Positions 12,801 to 24,800 of a stretch of DNA of 64,000 bases are shown here, piece by piece. A model generated the notes under the pieces. The model was given only the letters and a program-made list of their open reading frames with translations. It had not been told where the DNA came from and searched no databases. The DNA is from Lama glama (lineage: Eukaryota), in the NCBI GenBank assembly GCA_028534125.1, contig CM052817.1:84322001-84386000 (forward strand), read 5' to 3'. The translations under genes were made by a program, and so were the position numbers. Position 1 is the stretch's first letter; every line of letters starts with the position of its first letter.

Positions 12801-15800
12801 CCCATCTCAGGAACACTGTGGGCTTGGCTGATGTCTGATCTGAGAGTGAACATGGACCTAGTGCTTGGGTGGGAGGATAGCGAGGGAATGCAGGTCACAC
12901 AGGTTTGGCAGTCTCCTGGGCGTGGGCGTGTTGAGTAGGACTGTAGGCTTGGATGAGCACTGCCGGGGGGGGGGCACCTGGAAGACAGGGCCCACAGAGT
13001 GGGGACACCAGGAAAGCAGGATGGAGGCTGTGCTGCAGAGGGGCCTTAGGCCTGAGAGGAGCTCAGGCTTAGACTTGGTGGCAGTTAGGAGACAAAGGTG
13101 TCCTGGTAGGGCTTCCAGTTTCCATGGCCTGGTGGGAGAGGGGCCGTGTGACCAGGGATAAGAATACCTTATCTTCAGAGCTCAGAAAAGACTGACAGGC
13201 TTTTTCTGGGGAAAGAGAGGAGTACGCAGTTTTGAAGGTGATTTGGCTGTAGCAGCTAGTGTACAGCAGATCTGAACTTCCCTGTTCCAGGAAATGCTAA
13301 ATTTTTTTTTTTTTGCAGAGTCAAAACTTTTTTTCTTATGTTTTGGGGGATGGCTTTTAGGATTTAGCATAATGATCTTCGCGTTTAGAAAGGTTACTGG
13401 AAATTCAAGAAAGTTTCTGAATTTATATTTACCAGTGTGAGACTTGGAGCCTCAAGTGCAGGCTTAGGGACAGAGGTTCCACCTGTGTGGTGTTCTTGAA
13501 AGGCCTCTCCCCTCCCGTGAGCTGTTCTGTGACACAGGAGCCCTGAGCACAGCCACACAGAGGGTCTTGTTGGCCTGCTTTGGGGAGTGAGTGTGTGAGT
13601 GAGTAATGGGGGTGGAGGAGCTCTGGGGGAGGAGAGCGCCGGCAGAGCATTGACTGGAGTGGCGCTGAGGGGAGCCTTGCTCAGTTTGGCTTAAAAAAAA
13701 AAAAAGACCCCTGTAAACACTGATTTGTGTGTTCTTAATTGTTCAGTTTTTCATTGTTCCTGTTCGGATATTTGTTTCTTTAGGCCTGTCAACTACGTGG
13801 TCACAGAATTCCCGATCTCAGCACAGGAGAAGTTCATGCTCCAGACATGAAGACCGGAAGCCTTCAGAGGTATTTCCCGAATGCTGGTGTGACTGTCGTA
13901 CTCGTGTGTGTGAGCGTATGGTTGACACACGCACCTGGTTGATTGGTATTGATGTCTGTGCATTCTTGGGCGAGTTATTTAACCTCTCGGTGTCTCAGTT
14001 TACAAATCTGTAAGATGGGGTAACACAGGTGTTTACCTCATAGGATTCTTGTGAGGATTAAGTGGGTTAATACACAGAGGTTAATGCATACAAAGCAGGT
14101 GAAATGTGCTCAGTAAATGTTAGTTGTTATTATTAATTTTATTCTTTGTTTCCTTTTCTGTTCCATCTTTGCTGGCTCCCAACAACTTTCCCTCTGGCCA
14201 GGAGATCAGTGTGTCCAGCTGCTGCCAGTCACTGCCAGCCTCAAGTTAGTTTTAGCTATGAATTTGTGGCTTATTTGGCAAAAGCCAACGTAATTCTGGG
14301 AGTTTTGTTTTGGGGATTATGCTTAAGGCTCTTCCCCCATCTGTTTCTCTTCTTAGGTTTCCCTGTGCCCTCCCGTTTGTGTCTGTCTGTCTGTCTGTCT
14401 GTCTGTCTACCTACCCATTACCTGTCTCTGTAAAGCTGTAGGTGCATGTCTTTGTTGGCTTTCGTTTATCAGGGGCCTTACCAGTCCTGAGATCTCTTTT
14501 CTCTGAAAGCCTTGGGCTGGACTCTGAGGATTTAAATGATTGAAGAAAAGGCATTTTAGTTTATCACAGTTTTCAGGTGAGCAGGTTATGCTCAGAATAG
14601 AGAGTCTTTAGTTCAGCCCCTTGGTTTTGTGCTGCCTCTTGGTGCAGTGACTTCTGAGGTGGCCGCCGTCCCCAAGGAGCTGCATCTCCTCCGACTGTGA
14701 GAGGGATGCTGGGGGCTCTGTGTTGAGGAAGGTAGGGGTTATATGGTTGTGAAATAACTTCCTCCATGAGGAAGTAGGATGCGTGCTTCAGAACTGTGGA
14801 AAACCGTCCCAGGGGGCACGTAAACGTCAGATTAGGTGTTCATGACAGGGCGGCCGCTTCATTGCCTTGATTTATTCCAGGCCTTTGTCCTTTTGCACCT
14901 GCAGTGCCGTCTTCCCTCTCTTTGGTCTCACAGTGACTCTGCTGCTCGTGCTACCTCCACAGCCCCCTCAGTACCTTTCTGATGTTCACACTGTGTGCCT
15001 TTTGTTTCAGGGCAGGGGTACCGGGGCTCTAATAGGAAGCTGGTGCCTGGGTGACCAGCACCACTGCCTCCCGGGTGTGGTTAGAGCCCCTTCTGGTGCT
15101 GGCACTGAGGGCCAGCCTGCTCCCCAACTTGGGTTTTGTTCCAGGCTTTTTGTAAAATTTCTCTTGAGTTGACATTGCTTTCCACTTAAGGTGCTAACGT
15201 GGAGCTCTGCTGGGGACGCGGGAGTTCACGTCCGTTTGGGGCATCTGTGTCCATCCTTGACCATCGTATCCGAGTTCCTTGAGTGCGGGAACAGTGGGCT
15301 GCCTTTTTTCCTCTTGTCACCTCAGTTTGATTTTCCTTCTTTGGCAGACTCCCTCACTTCTTTTTATCAGACTAAGTTGGAAAGTGTTTTTGACTGGTTT
15401 GCCACCTGAATATGTAAACCTGTGGCTTTATTTGAAGGACTTTTCTCTTTGGGGGTGGGGAAGGCGGGCTGACAAGGTTCATGTGCACCTGGGCCCCAGC
15501 ACCTGTTCTGGGGACTCGATCTTACTTGTGCTTTTGTGGAAGGTGCACAGCCAGGTTCTCACTTGTTACTGGGATTTTAGAAACAAGGAGCAGCATATTA
15601 GGGAAAAGTCTGGTCCAGAATGGCAGTCTGAAGAAATGGCCTTTTTATTTAGATACTGCCTCAGGCTTTATTACGGTGAAGTTTATTAAAGTGATCACCA
15701 GCCTGAAAAGCCACCAGGAAAAACAAATATGGACCTAATAGCAGGCATATAATGTGAACTGTGCTTAGCAGCACAAGAAGAACTCCCTGTCCCAAGAAGA

Positions 15801-18800
15801 GAGAGTTCAGCATTGTGACTTGTGTAAACAGAGAGTGTAGCTTTCAGATGCAGGCACATGTCGTGCCAAATACAACTTTGGGCCAGTGCTCACGCCAGGG
15901 CCAGCGCTTCCTCGTGAGGTCCTGAGACCTGAGTGGACTGAGGACAGGGTCCCAGCAGGGAGGCAGAGCTGTGCTGCTGCTGCTTGCGGCCCCCTCAGGA
16001 GGACGTGGTCCCCCGACCTGCACTGAGGGATTGAGGCCCCCTCTTGGCAGAGGGGTACTTTGGAGTCTTGTGGGTCTGTTTTTGGCAGGGGGAGGAGAGG
16101 CTAGTAGCTTGCTTGATTCTTTCTCTCTCTCTCCTTCCCTCTTTCCTTCTGCTCCTTTCTCTGCAAATGCCACTTCCATTGTAGAAGTTGTGCCAGGAGA
16201 AGGTGTGCGAACGAATACACTTTTTATAAGCCCATTTTCTGCCTTGACTCCACTGGCTTGTCATTGCTTCTCTCCCACATTTTTCTGGCCTGTACTTCCG
16301 CCTGGCACTGACCAACCAGGACCTGCCCTCCCCAGACCCCTTGCTGTAAGCCCTAGTGCTTTGGTGTGCAGGGGCCGGGTGGCGGCAGTCTGAGTGTGAA
16401 AGAGGCAGCCCTGTGGCTCTGGGTTTGGCTTGGAGTTGTTACATGGTTGGTGAAGTTTTATTTCTTAAACATTTACCAAAATGGCACCCCTGAGTGAGAT
16501 ACTTCCCTCCAGGGATTTTCAGGCGCATGTTTCCAGCAGCCTGTTCGGTGAATTGGGAGTTCTTAGAGTTTTTCAGGGGAGGACAGCAAGGTTCCTTTGT
16601 TGCTGTAGCTGGTGCAGACACTCTCATCTCTCAGAGCTGGTGAGGGAGTGAGGACAGGGTGAGCTGCCACTACCCCAAGCCTGAGAGAGGCCCCGGGTAC
16701 AGCAGGCCAAGGGGTTTCCTATAATAGGTCAGACTGGTTCTCTGTTGAAACAGTGACCCTGTTTCGTGGCAGCTCCATGGTTACCCCGCAGCTGCCAGTG
16801 CTCTGAATAAGAATGCAAACATCCAGTGTCAGCGATCCTTTCTCTCCCTTTCCAGGTGTTTAGGACAGACCTGATCACCGCCATGAAGTTGCACGACTCC
16901 TACCAGCTGAACCCGGATGAGTATTATGTACTGGCAGATCCCTGGAGACAGGAGTGGGAGAAGGGGGTCCAGGTGCCAGTGAGCCCTGGGACCATCCCTC
17001 AGCCCGTGGCCAGGTAGACGTGCCCCGGGAGAGGAGCACCGCGTCTCCCCTCACCATTCCTCTCTGTCCTGACAGCCAGGTGTCTGAGAGGAGCAGTGTC
17101 GAGTGGGCAGTGGGGCCTCCGGGGTAAGGGGAAATGCATTAGAAACACACCTCGGGTCTGTAGGGAGTGGTTTGGAGGGCCCTGGGCCTCTGAACAACAT
17201 TGCATCCATCTTGGGAAGGTGCTGCTCTCTCTTAAGAGAGGAAGGTAGATTCTAGGACTTCCTGGGAAGTGAGTGGCCGGCAGGGAACAGGGAACATTTG
17301 GATGTTTGCACAGCTGCTTCCTCTTTTCCTCTGGGAGTAACTCTGCTGGAGAGAGGCGTCTGGCCTTACTGGGCCCCACCATGGCCGACTCCCCCTTGGG
17401 GAGGACGGGTGTGAGCAGCCTGCCAGGCTAGGGCCGCATCGAGGTGGAGCTCAGAGGAGGAGTACATTTGATAAGTTCTCCTTGGGTGGACTTGCCCAGT
17501 TGTTCGTGGGGATTTCTCTGGATTTACTTCCAAACCACTTTTCCCCTTAAAAGTGTGGAGGGTTGGATCCTTGATGACCTGCCTCAGCATGAAGCTAGGC
17601 TGATTTGTCCCCATGGCCTGGAGGCTCCTCCTGGAAGAGAGCCCTGCGTGCCTCTCCTCCTGCTGCGTAGTCAGTCAGCTGCCTGCTTTGCGAAATGGAC
17701 TCTTGCACCATTGTCGAGTGTGGGCTGAATTGAGCCCTCGGTCCTCACCCGAGTGGTATCTGTCCCTCAGGCACTTGGGATGATCGGATCTGATTACTGT
17801 GTTGGGATCTCTGTGACAAAACGTGTTGTGTCCACACAAACACGCAGGCTTACGTGACCACTCCGATGCCTCCATAGGCAAGACGCCAGCCTGTGGAGTG
17901 GATGGAGCGTCTCCCTGGGCTCTGCAGGATAAACACCGTCTGTTTGCCTTAGAGTTTGCAGCATCAACTGTTCAGCACTGGCGATTCCTGTCCAGGAGTT
18001 AGGGGCCCAGTACAAGAGAAGTAAACGTTAACACAGCTTATGGAAGGTTTCAGCTGAAACCCTGATCTTGGTTGAGCAGGAGAGATAACTTGAGTTTCCC
18101 CATCTCCGTGTCATGTAGATGAAATCATTCTGGTAATGATCAGGGTGATGGAGGTAGTTTGACAAACTGGACAACTGGGTGTTAATGCAACCTGCTGACA
18201 CACAGAGACCTGGAGGGGCTGTGAGGCTCTGTGGGGCTCCCGAGGCCATCTTTGCTCTCAGGAAGAGGCCTCTCATTCCCAGTTGGCAGCGATTTGACCT
18301 TCTCGGTGTGCTGTCATTCTTCTGAGTGGGGTGTGGTGGACAGCACTTCTCCAGCTGTTCACAGGCTGGGGGCGAGGGTGGAGTATAGGAGCGGAGGGGA
18401 CTTGTGTTCCCATCATGGGGTCCCCAGTATGTGTTGGGAGTATCTCCCACTTGGCGAGGACTCTGATTCTCAGGCTGGTCAGTAATGGTCAAGGCCTGAG
18501 TTTTAGAACCAGAGGCAGTGGATTTCTCCCCTCGGTTCCCCAGCGTTCTGTGCGTGCGCTGCCTGTGTGGCTGCTCTCGCTTCCTCAGTGTTACTGAGAA
18601 CCCAGGCGTTGGTGGCCTCCAGCAGGGGCGGACAGACCTGGTTAGTGGACAGTGATTTATCCCTTGACACTTAGGGAGTCAGTGCTTTGGTGTTGCCAGC
18701 AGGCCAGCAGCTGCTGCTATAGATGGTGGCAGGGCAGGGGCATTACAGGAAGCCTTGTAGGAGAAGCTGGTTTTGGAGACTTCTGCAGTGTTTTTACTTG

Positions 18801-21800
18801 AAACTGTTTCCATTTTGGGGACTGAAATGACTCCTATATCATTTTATTAGCAGTGACGTTAGGGTGTTTAGTCTCAACCTGGCAATGACCTGGAGTTTGG
18901 GGGTTGGAGGGGAAGCTAACTTGGGGCCTTCTGACAAACTTCTTTTCGTGTGGCAGAAGGGTAACCTGGCTGCCCTGTTTTCTTGTTAACTAGGGTTGTG
19001 TCTGAAGAGAAGTCCCTCATGTTCATCAGGCCCAAGAAATACATCATCTCTTCGGGCTCCGAGCCTCCAGAGCTGGGCTATGTGGATATCCGGACGCTGG
19101 CCGACAGTGTGTGCCGTTACGATCTCAATGACATGGACGCTGCGTGGCTGGAACTGACCAATGAGGAGTTTAAGGAGATGGGTGAGAGAGCCCGTGGGCT
19201 GTGGTTTGTTAACGAACGATGAGTAGAGAAGTCTGTTAAGCCTGCAGGTGAGAGTGGAGACTCCTCACCGCCTGGCAACGCCAGCTCCATCACAGCCTGT
19301 TAGTCTACGAGTCATGGGCTCTTTGTTGGACGTGCGCTTGTCCGGCTGTGGCAGGTGTGTTGAGACGGACGCCGAGTCTGTGTGTGGCTCGTGGACGAGA
19401 GTGGTGGGATTGATGAGGGATGAATTCTGTGCGTGTGTGGAGCAGGGTCTGCAGTCCCTGCCCCGATTTCCACCCCCCCCCCCCACTTACTTACCTGAAG
19501 GGAACAGTCCAGAGACATGAAGTGCTTCCCCAAGGCCACAGAAGGTCTGGTCCACACGATTTCCTGCTCCGGTGGGGTTTTTTGTTTTTCCCTCAAAAAA
19601 AAAAAATTCTGCAGTGCTATTCAGATCTTCAGCTGTGGCTGTTTTTTCACAGTAAACTCCACTCCATCCAAGCTCACCATATTCCAAACACATGGTTGTG
19701 TTTTCACCTCAGTGATTCTCCCTAAGTCCTTCTCCAAACACAAGTGCTTTTTCCTCTTACCCATTGATCTCTGTCCTGACTTTCCTTTGGGGAAGCCCTG
19801 CCTTGGCTGAGCGTCCTACCTGTCGTGACCTCTCTTCTGTAAGTTGGTCATTTTTGTGTACATACAGCTCGGGGCTCCTGCACCTCGTCTGCCTGCATCT
19901 CCTGCTGACAAGACCAGGATGGCACTTGTCTCACACAGCACTGCTGATAGCTCAGGGTTGCCTCAGGTGTGGTGATGGCGAGTCTAGGAGGTCAAGCTTC
20001 GGTTCCCTGTGAGAGACTGAGAGGGTTAGTGAGCATCTGTGCTGTAGGTCAAGGTTGGGAAGTGGTGGCATGGGCTACTTGTGTGCAGTCTAGCACTCGG
20101 GAAATATTTATGCAGTGTTATGCAGCCGATTTCAAAGCTCTGAAGGATTAAGACTGTGTTTTGTACAGATTTCTAAGCCTGGCGTGTGAGAGCTGCTCGT
20201 GTTGGGCTGCCACTCTGCTCCCCAGCCTTGGAGTGGGAGTGATGATGTGGACTGTTACTCAGATACTTGAACAAAGTAGATTTCCTTCCTCAAAGTCCTT
20301 GCTTTTAGGTATTAGGGTCCAGAACGTTAGGCTGGGATGAGGTTGCTTTATAGAGTGGCCAGAAGTTTTCAGAGCTCTCTTGGAACTGAGTACTATATTC
20401 CAGCTTCATAGATGATGAAGTTCTGCTTTGTAAAGACCCGCACTTGACTGACTGGGTGTCCTGTGTTAAGGCGGAGGGACAGCCAGCCAGGGACACCAGA
20501 GAGCTCTGTGGATGGCTTTGCTGGGCAGTGCTGGGCGACCACGGCAGACTGCTGGTAGTGGTGAGGGTTTTGGCAGGGTAAAGGGCGCACGTGTGTGATA
20601 TAAATTGAACACACGCTTCAAGGTGTTTCCTTTGGCTTTTTTGGTCATTTTAATGGTAAAAATTATAGGGCGTAGGATGATATTTTCAGAGCCAGTGGTG
20701 TTTTTTCAAGCTGGGAAGAGGAATTGAGATGAAAGTAGGGGGCTGCACAGAGACCATCTCCTCATTAAACAGGGCTTGAAATGATAGGTGGCTTTTTGGA
20801 ATCTGTGTTGAGGGCTTATTGCAATGTCAGCGCTAATGTGTTCTCCAAGTTTTTAAAGACTTGAGAAGTGTTAATTAAATTTATGATAATGCTAAAAAGT
20901 TGTTGTTGGCTGTAATGACATTTTTATTGTTTCTTGCCACTTAAATATGTTTGACTGTTTTTTACAACCTATTTTTTTTCTTTCTGCATGAGTATTTTCA
21001 TTGTAGGAAGTTTGGCATACGTCTGCAAATGGAGGAAAATAAGAGTCTTATCCCACTAGCTCTAACCACGATAACCGCTTGAAGTTTATTTTTGATCATT
21101 CTTGCATAAGAATGCATTTTGTTTGATTCACAAGGAGCTGTCTCCTTTGCTTCAGACATTCCTTGTGTTTCCTGCGTCTTTCATGCGTCTGATTAACTAT
21201 GCGTCTCAACTTAGTAAATTCAGAGAGTGAGGAGGGATAAACCAGGTAAAAACATTTGAGTGTTTACAGTGAAGGCTGTTCACAGAGCACCACTTTAAAG
21301 CAGCAAAAAAGGAATGTTTTTTGGAAGAAAAAAAAAACCCCAAACTGTAATATGTGGTCATAGTTTTAAAGTCGCTTACATGTTAGTTGTTAAGTATAGT
21401 AATATTGTAATGAAATGACAGTCTAACAGTGTATGTGTTTAAGATCCTTGAACCCTTTTGGGATTTATCTTTGGCTTTTCTGCTTGCAGCCTTCCGGTGC
21501 CTGACTGTAAGGAGCAAACTGCTGTGGAGAAGGCTCCTCCTGCCTTTTGATTTACAGACCCTTTCTTGGAAGGGTCTGAGAGGCACTCAGTAGAGAATAT
21601 TTGAGGCACTCAGGATAGATTTGTTTATAGTATTATTTATTCTTTGTGAATTTTTTATAAGTATAAATAAATGAATATTGTCTTACAATATTTATTCATA
21701 TAGATTCATTAAAATGGGTTTTGTGGCATTTTTCGTCCAGGAATGCCTGAGTTAGATGAATACACAATGGAAAGGGTGCTGGAGGAGTTTGAACAGCGAT

Positions 21801-24800
21801 GCTACGACAACATGAATCATGCTATAGAGACCGAGGAAGGGCTGGGGATCGAGTATGACGAGGATGTCGTCTGCGACGTCTGCCAGTCGCCTGACGGTGA
21901 GGATGGCAACGAGATGGTGTTCTGTGACAAATGCAACATCTGTGTGCACCAGGTATGTCCCTCCTGGCAGGAGGAGTTTAAGAAGTGTGCCTAACACTTC
22001 TGTTCTAATAGGTTCTTACAGTGTTTGAAGTGTTTCTTGCTACTTTTACAACCAGGAGAATAGGATCCTCTGTGGAACTCGTTCTTCCTTCACATAGTGT
22101 TCTTATTCCCGTCCACAGAAGTCAGGTTTATAGAATATATGAGCCCCTCTGCTCTGCTCTGTCACCTGGGTGTAGCTATTAAGAACGCTGGGAGAAAACA
22201 ACTCTTGGAAAGGGGGTTCGTTTGCTGTGTCAGTTTGCTAGGGCTGCTGTAACAAAGTGCCGCAGGCTGGATGGCTGAAAGTAACAGAAATTTATTCTCT
22301 TGCTCTCTGGACACTAGAACTCTGAAATCAAGGTGTTGGCAGGGCTGTGCTTCCTCTGAAACCCGCAGTGGAATCCTTCCTCTCCTCTTCTAGCTCCTGG
22401 TGGTTTGCTGACAGTTGTCGGCGTTTCTTGGTTTGCAGCTGCACGACTCTGGTCTCTGGCTCCATCATCAGATGGTGTCCTCCCTGAGCGTCTGCGTCTG
22501 CACACATGACCGTCATCTTGTAAAGACACCAGTCATACTGGATTGAAGGCTCATGCTACTCCAGTGTGACCTCATCTTAACTGATCACATCTGCTGTGAC
22601 CCTATTTCCAAATAAGGTCACATTTCGAGGTACCAGGGTTAGGGCTTAACTTTAACATGTATTTTGGGGACACAAACACATAATGTTTGCTAACATGTTA
22701 GTATGTAAGCCAAGCCCTTGAACAGCAGGAAAGGGGCCCCTTTTCTTGGAAGTTACTTCCTGTCCTCCCGATACCAGTAGGATTTGGTAAGGATGAGCAC
22801 CGGGTAATTTAAAAAGCTTGAGTCTCAGTCTTGACTCTTCATGGCTGTCAGTTATTTTTTAAGGCAGTAATGAAATAATTTGTGCTTCTGTGGGGGTGCG
22901 CGTTCGCACATGCTCTTAGTTAGAGGCTGTCCTGAGGTACTTTCTTTGAATTCACTCGTTGATGCCGAGACTTGTGTGGGATAGTTGCTTGGGTGACCTC
23001 CTGGGAAGTAGAATCAAGTTGGCTCTGTGAAGCTCCTAAATACCATTGTCTTTATCATCCGTCTGCTTCCTGGGCTTCCCTTTGGCCTGACGACTGTGCT
23101 GGCTGTGGCCTTGCCCCGCCTCATCCTGCCGAGACAGGAGACCACGGTCTCTTGCTTATAAAGTCATGTTTCGGCCCATCTTGTAGCTTTGGATTTTCAA
23201 ATTATCTAGGAGCTTCCTGGTGATGATGGGGGAATTCATGAGCGTTGTGACTACTGTTGTTGCTTTTTTGTTTCAGTGTTTTTTTTTTTCCTGCCATTTT
23301 ACTTTTTTTTTTTCCCTGAGAAAAAAATGTTATTTGGAAAAAAGTGTTCTGCTTGAAAACTACTTAAACCCCTGTCTTATAAATGAGTCAACTGATGTCA
23401 GGGCGGTCTGTTCAGGGTGCTGCCATGGGTAGTGGCGGAGTTGGAACTGGAACTGGGGGCTCGGGACCCCCCCACCACACCCCCATGCCCTGTCTCCTTT
23501 CTTTCAGCCGAACTGCACTGTCTCTTTCCTCAAGATTTCTTTGTGGTTCCTTTTTTCTTTTGAGAGATTCTTCATGACTTGTCTTTAAGGCATCCTTTAC
23601 TTAATCTTTTAATTTACTTAGACTTGCTTTTCCAGTTAAAAAAAAAGTTACTTCTTCACGTGTGACATTTTCTAGAATGCCTGGGATAGACCTTTTTAGG
23701 ATTTGAAACCTTAATAGTGTCATTTAGCTCTACTAAAAAGTTTTTTTTCCAGTAAGTCTGTGTTGACACTGGCTCATTCATGGCACCGACACAGCGCTCC
23801 TGAGTGCCAGTCTTAGTGTCACTTAGCTTCACTGAGCTCTCATCCTGTGGTTTCCTATTTTGCGTCCTGGTATTCAGATTGCATAGCGGCTGTGTTTTTC
23901 CTGTCTGGAGGACTGGAGCTATGTTACTCTGTCTCTCCACTTCCTGGCTTGTAGTTCATTTGAGGATAAAGTTCTGAACAGTTTGGTGTTTTTACAAGGC
24001 TCTGAGTGTGCTCCTGGTACCATCATGGTTTTGTTTCTTCACTTCTTTAATGTTTGCCTTTTCTTTCTCTGAACTATGTTGATGACTTTGAGTTGCCTTG
24101 ATTTCTGCAGTTTTTGCTGTCCTGTCTGATTTTGCCATGTTATGCAGAGCAGGCTTTGTTTTAAATACCAGCTAAAGAGGCCAAATTGTCTTTGTCTAGA
24201 ATGCCTCATTTTCCCGTGTCTTGTGTTCCCTTGGGAGTGCTGGGGCCTAGGTAGGAGCGTCTCCTTGGCCTGGGGATGACGCTGCTCCGTAGTCCCCTCT
24301 CGTTCCCACTGCCATCCTGTGTGATAGCTTTGGGAGACTCTCAAAGCTCTGTTTTTTCCCTCACTTTGTATCCTGCCCACATCAGTAAATCCCCCACTGA
24401 GCCCTGGAGAGCGAGGATTTACTGCCCAACCTTTAGAAACTTGGTATAGGTGGTGTTTGCAGTAGTTCAGCAGAGTTTTTGCAAACCTTTTTGTCCTTAA
24501 GTTCTTTTTAGGACCACCTTCTGGTAAATAAATAAATGTGTGGTACCCACAGATCTCAGACACCTCCTGACTGCTGCTGTGAGCCTGCCTGGCACTTCAC
24601 CTGAAGGAAGAGGGTTGCGGCTGGGTGGACATGGGAGAGGCTCTGTTTTGATGGTGGTTTTGTTAAAATCTTTCTAGGTATTTTAAAATTAATTAATAGA
24701 CACACTGGGAAAAAAATAACTCTTTTCTCTTTGTCTCTTTTCCTTGGTGATGTGCTGTGGCTTGACAGGCCTGTTACGGAATCCTCAAGGTCCCAGAGGG

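Noticed and set aside
21580..21615. Short direct repeat gaggcactcag x2
   Set aside because: Two copies of an 11-mer, most simply a local micro-duplication; not an array.
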